16,265 nucleotides of DNA from Pseudobacteriovorax sp. Its GTDB lineage: Bacteria > Bdellovibrionota_B > Oligoflexia > Oligoflexales > Oligoflexaceae. Below the pieces are notes generated by a model, which was not told the origin of the DNA, did no database searches, and saw only the letters and a list, made by a program, of their open reading frames with translations. Of this stretch, positions 15,337 through 16,265 are shown in pieces. The translations under genes and the position numbers were made by a program. Position 1 is the stretch's first letter; every line of letters starts with the position of its first letter. The DNA lies in the NCBI GenBank assembly GCA_050293845.1, contig JBNKNM010000118.1:1-16265 (forward strand), in the 5' to 3' direction.

Positions 15337-16265
15337 ATGAGACATCTTTTCGTGTGGTTACGGTTTCTTACCTTGCTGTGCGTTTCTCTAACCTCAATAG
15401 CGAACACCGAACCCTTCTCTTTTGATCTCAATTTCAGTGTACCAAAGGAGCTAAACTCACTAGAAAATTTAGTAATTATCGATAACGGCACAAAAGCAAT
15501 TCCCTTCTCAATAGATGAAAGCCAGTTAAATTTCATCAGTAATGAAAAGGGAACCTGGGTTCTGGGGAAGCTACTAGTATATGTGGAAGAATCCCACCCT
15601 AACATTTATCTCACCGTAGATATTAATGGAGACAATCTTACCAATCAGACAGATTTAAGGTTTAAGTCCCAAACCCCTTTAAAAGCCAATTTTAACTTAC
15701 AAGCCAAGAACAAAACCGCCTTTTTTCACACCAATACCAACTGCTCGTGTTTAGACAAGGATAGCTGCTTTGCCACTTATCTCTATCGGATTTCCTTATT
15801 CGATTTTGATGATGGTTCTATTCTTTCCACTCCAGAGATTCAAAAATTTAATTTGGGTCCTGATTGTGGTATTACTTTTACCCTGGGTAGAACAACTCCA
15901 TTGCCTACTACTGTATTCACATTACCTACAGAACGACTAGGCATAAAGATGGAAAATAGCCTGGGAGTCACACAATTCATAGCTGCTTCCACAACTATTG
16001 GAGACGGAGCGGGTACTCAAGGACCTAAGGGTGATACTGGACCTGAAGGACCACAAGGACCTATTGGAAAAACTGGACCACAGGGACCTAAGGGAGAAAC
16101 CGGACCTGAGGGGCCACAAGGGCCTATAGGAGATACCGGACCTGAAGGAACACAAGGACCTATTGGAAAAACCGGACCACAGGGACCTAAGGGTGATACC
16201 GGACCTGAAGGGCCACAAGGGCCTATAGGAGATACCGGACCACAGGGTCCAAAGGGTGATACCGG
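15337..16265 (+). CDS. Secreted collagen-like protein, 5' part only (continues beyond the right edge)
   Basis: ATG 15337 with GGAG RBS, open to the window end. Signal peptide [22 protein letters not shown], a ~200-aa beta-rich N-terminal domain with 4 Cys, then uninterrupted Gly-X-Y from 16012. Absent from the ORF track (no stop in window). Confidence 0.9.
   Translation, partial: MRHLFVWLRFLTLLCVSLTSIANTEPFSFDLNFSVPKELNSLENLVIIDNGTKAIPFSIDESQLNFISNEKGTWVLGKLLVYVEESHPNIYLTVDINGDNLTNQTDLRFKSQTPLKANFNLQAKNKTAFFHTNTNCSCLDKDSCFATYLYRISLFDFDDGSILSTPEIQKFNLGPDCGITFTLGRTTPLPTTVFTLPTERLGIKMENSLGVTQFIAASTTIGDGAGTQGPKGDTGPEGPQGPIGKTGPQGPKGETGPEGPQGPIGDTGPEGTQGPIGKTGPQGPKGDTGPEGPQGPIGDTGPQGPKGDT
16012..16263 (+). 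repeat. Collagen Gly-X-Y tandem repeat (28 complete triplets visible)
   Basis: [30 protein letters not shown] ...; 9-nt periodicity with higher-order 63- and 99-nt duplications. Confidence 0.95.

Noticed and set aside
1397..15605. Remaining short track ORFs (1397-1636, 1705-1890, 3538-3732, 4226-4411, 4522-4707, 4716-4913, 5625-5909, 8866-9213, 9762-9956, 10381-10572, 13344-13631, 13694-13945, 13891-14100, 14979-15170, 15019-15228, 15309-15605)
   Set aside because: Antisense or out-of-frame overlaps of better-supported genes, with no recognisable motifs.
15937..16218. 93-aa repetitive minus-strand ORF (SLWSFRS...)
   Set aside because: Antisense shadow of the collagen repeat.

Overview
AT-rich bacterial chromosomal segment with no rRNA, tRNA, CRISPR array or recognisable transposase/integrase. 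The gene families present suggest Bdellovibrionota (probably Oligoflexia-like); this is an inference from a tandem pair of TIGR02147-type HTH proteins, an XRE-HTH/TPR protein, a vWA lipoprotein and a REC protein with a degenerate PilZ-like tail. The window is dominated by envelope and secreted proteins: seven predicted lipoproteins (one running off the left edge), a small outer-membrane beta-barrel, a secreted trypsin-like protease and a secreted collagen-like protein running off the right edge. The two edge genes are absent from the ORF track. Also present are a DUF962/Mpo1-like membrane protein and a DegT-family aminotransferase + AtaL/SRPBCC-like gene pair. The most notable non-obvious signals are: (1) a recurrent sigma-28 (FliA)-type promoter motif upstream of most lipoprotein genes; (2) an unexplained 60-bp imperfect direct repeat bracketing the left-hand lipoprotein/OMP segment; (3) a perfect 12-bp inverted repeat wrapped around one of these promoters; (4) an RRNPP-like HTH-TPR regulator with a short hydrophobic ORF upstream. 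All family assignments are by eye from motifs; no database searches were run.
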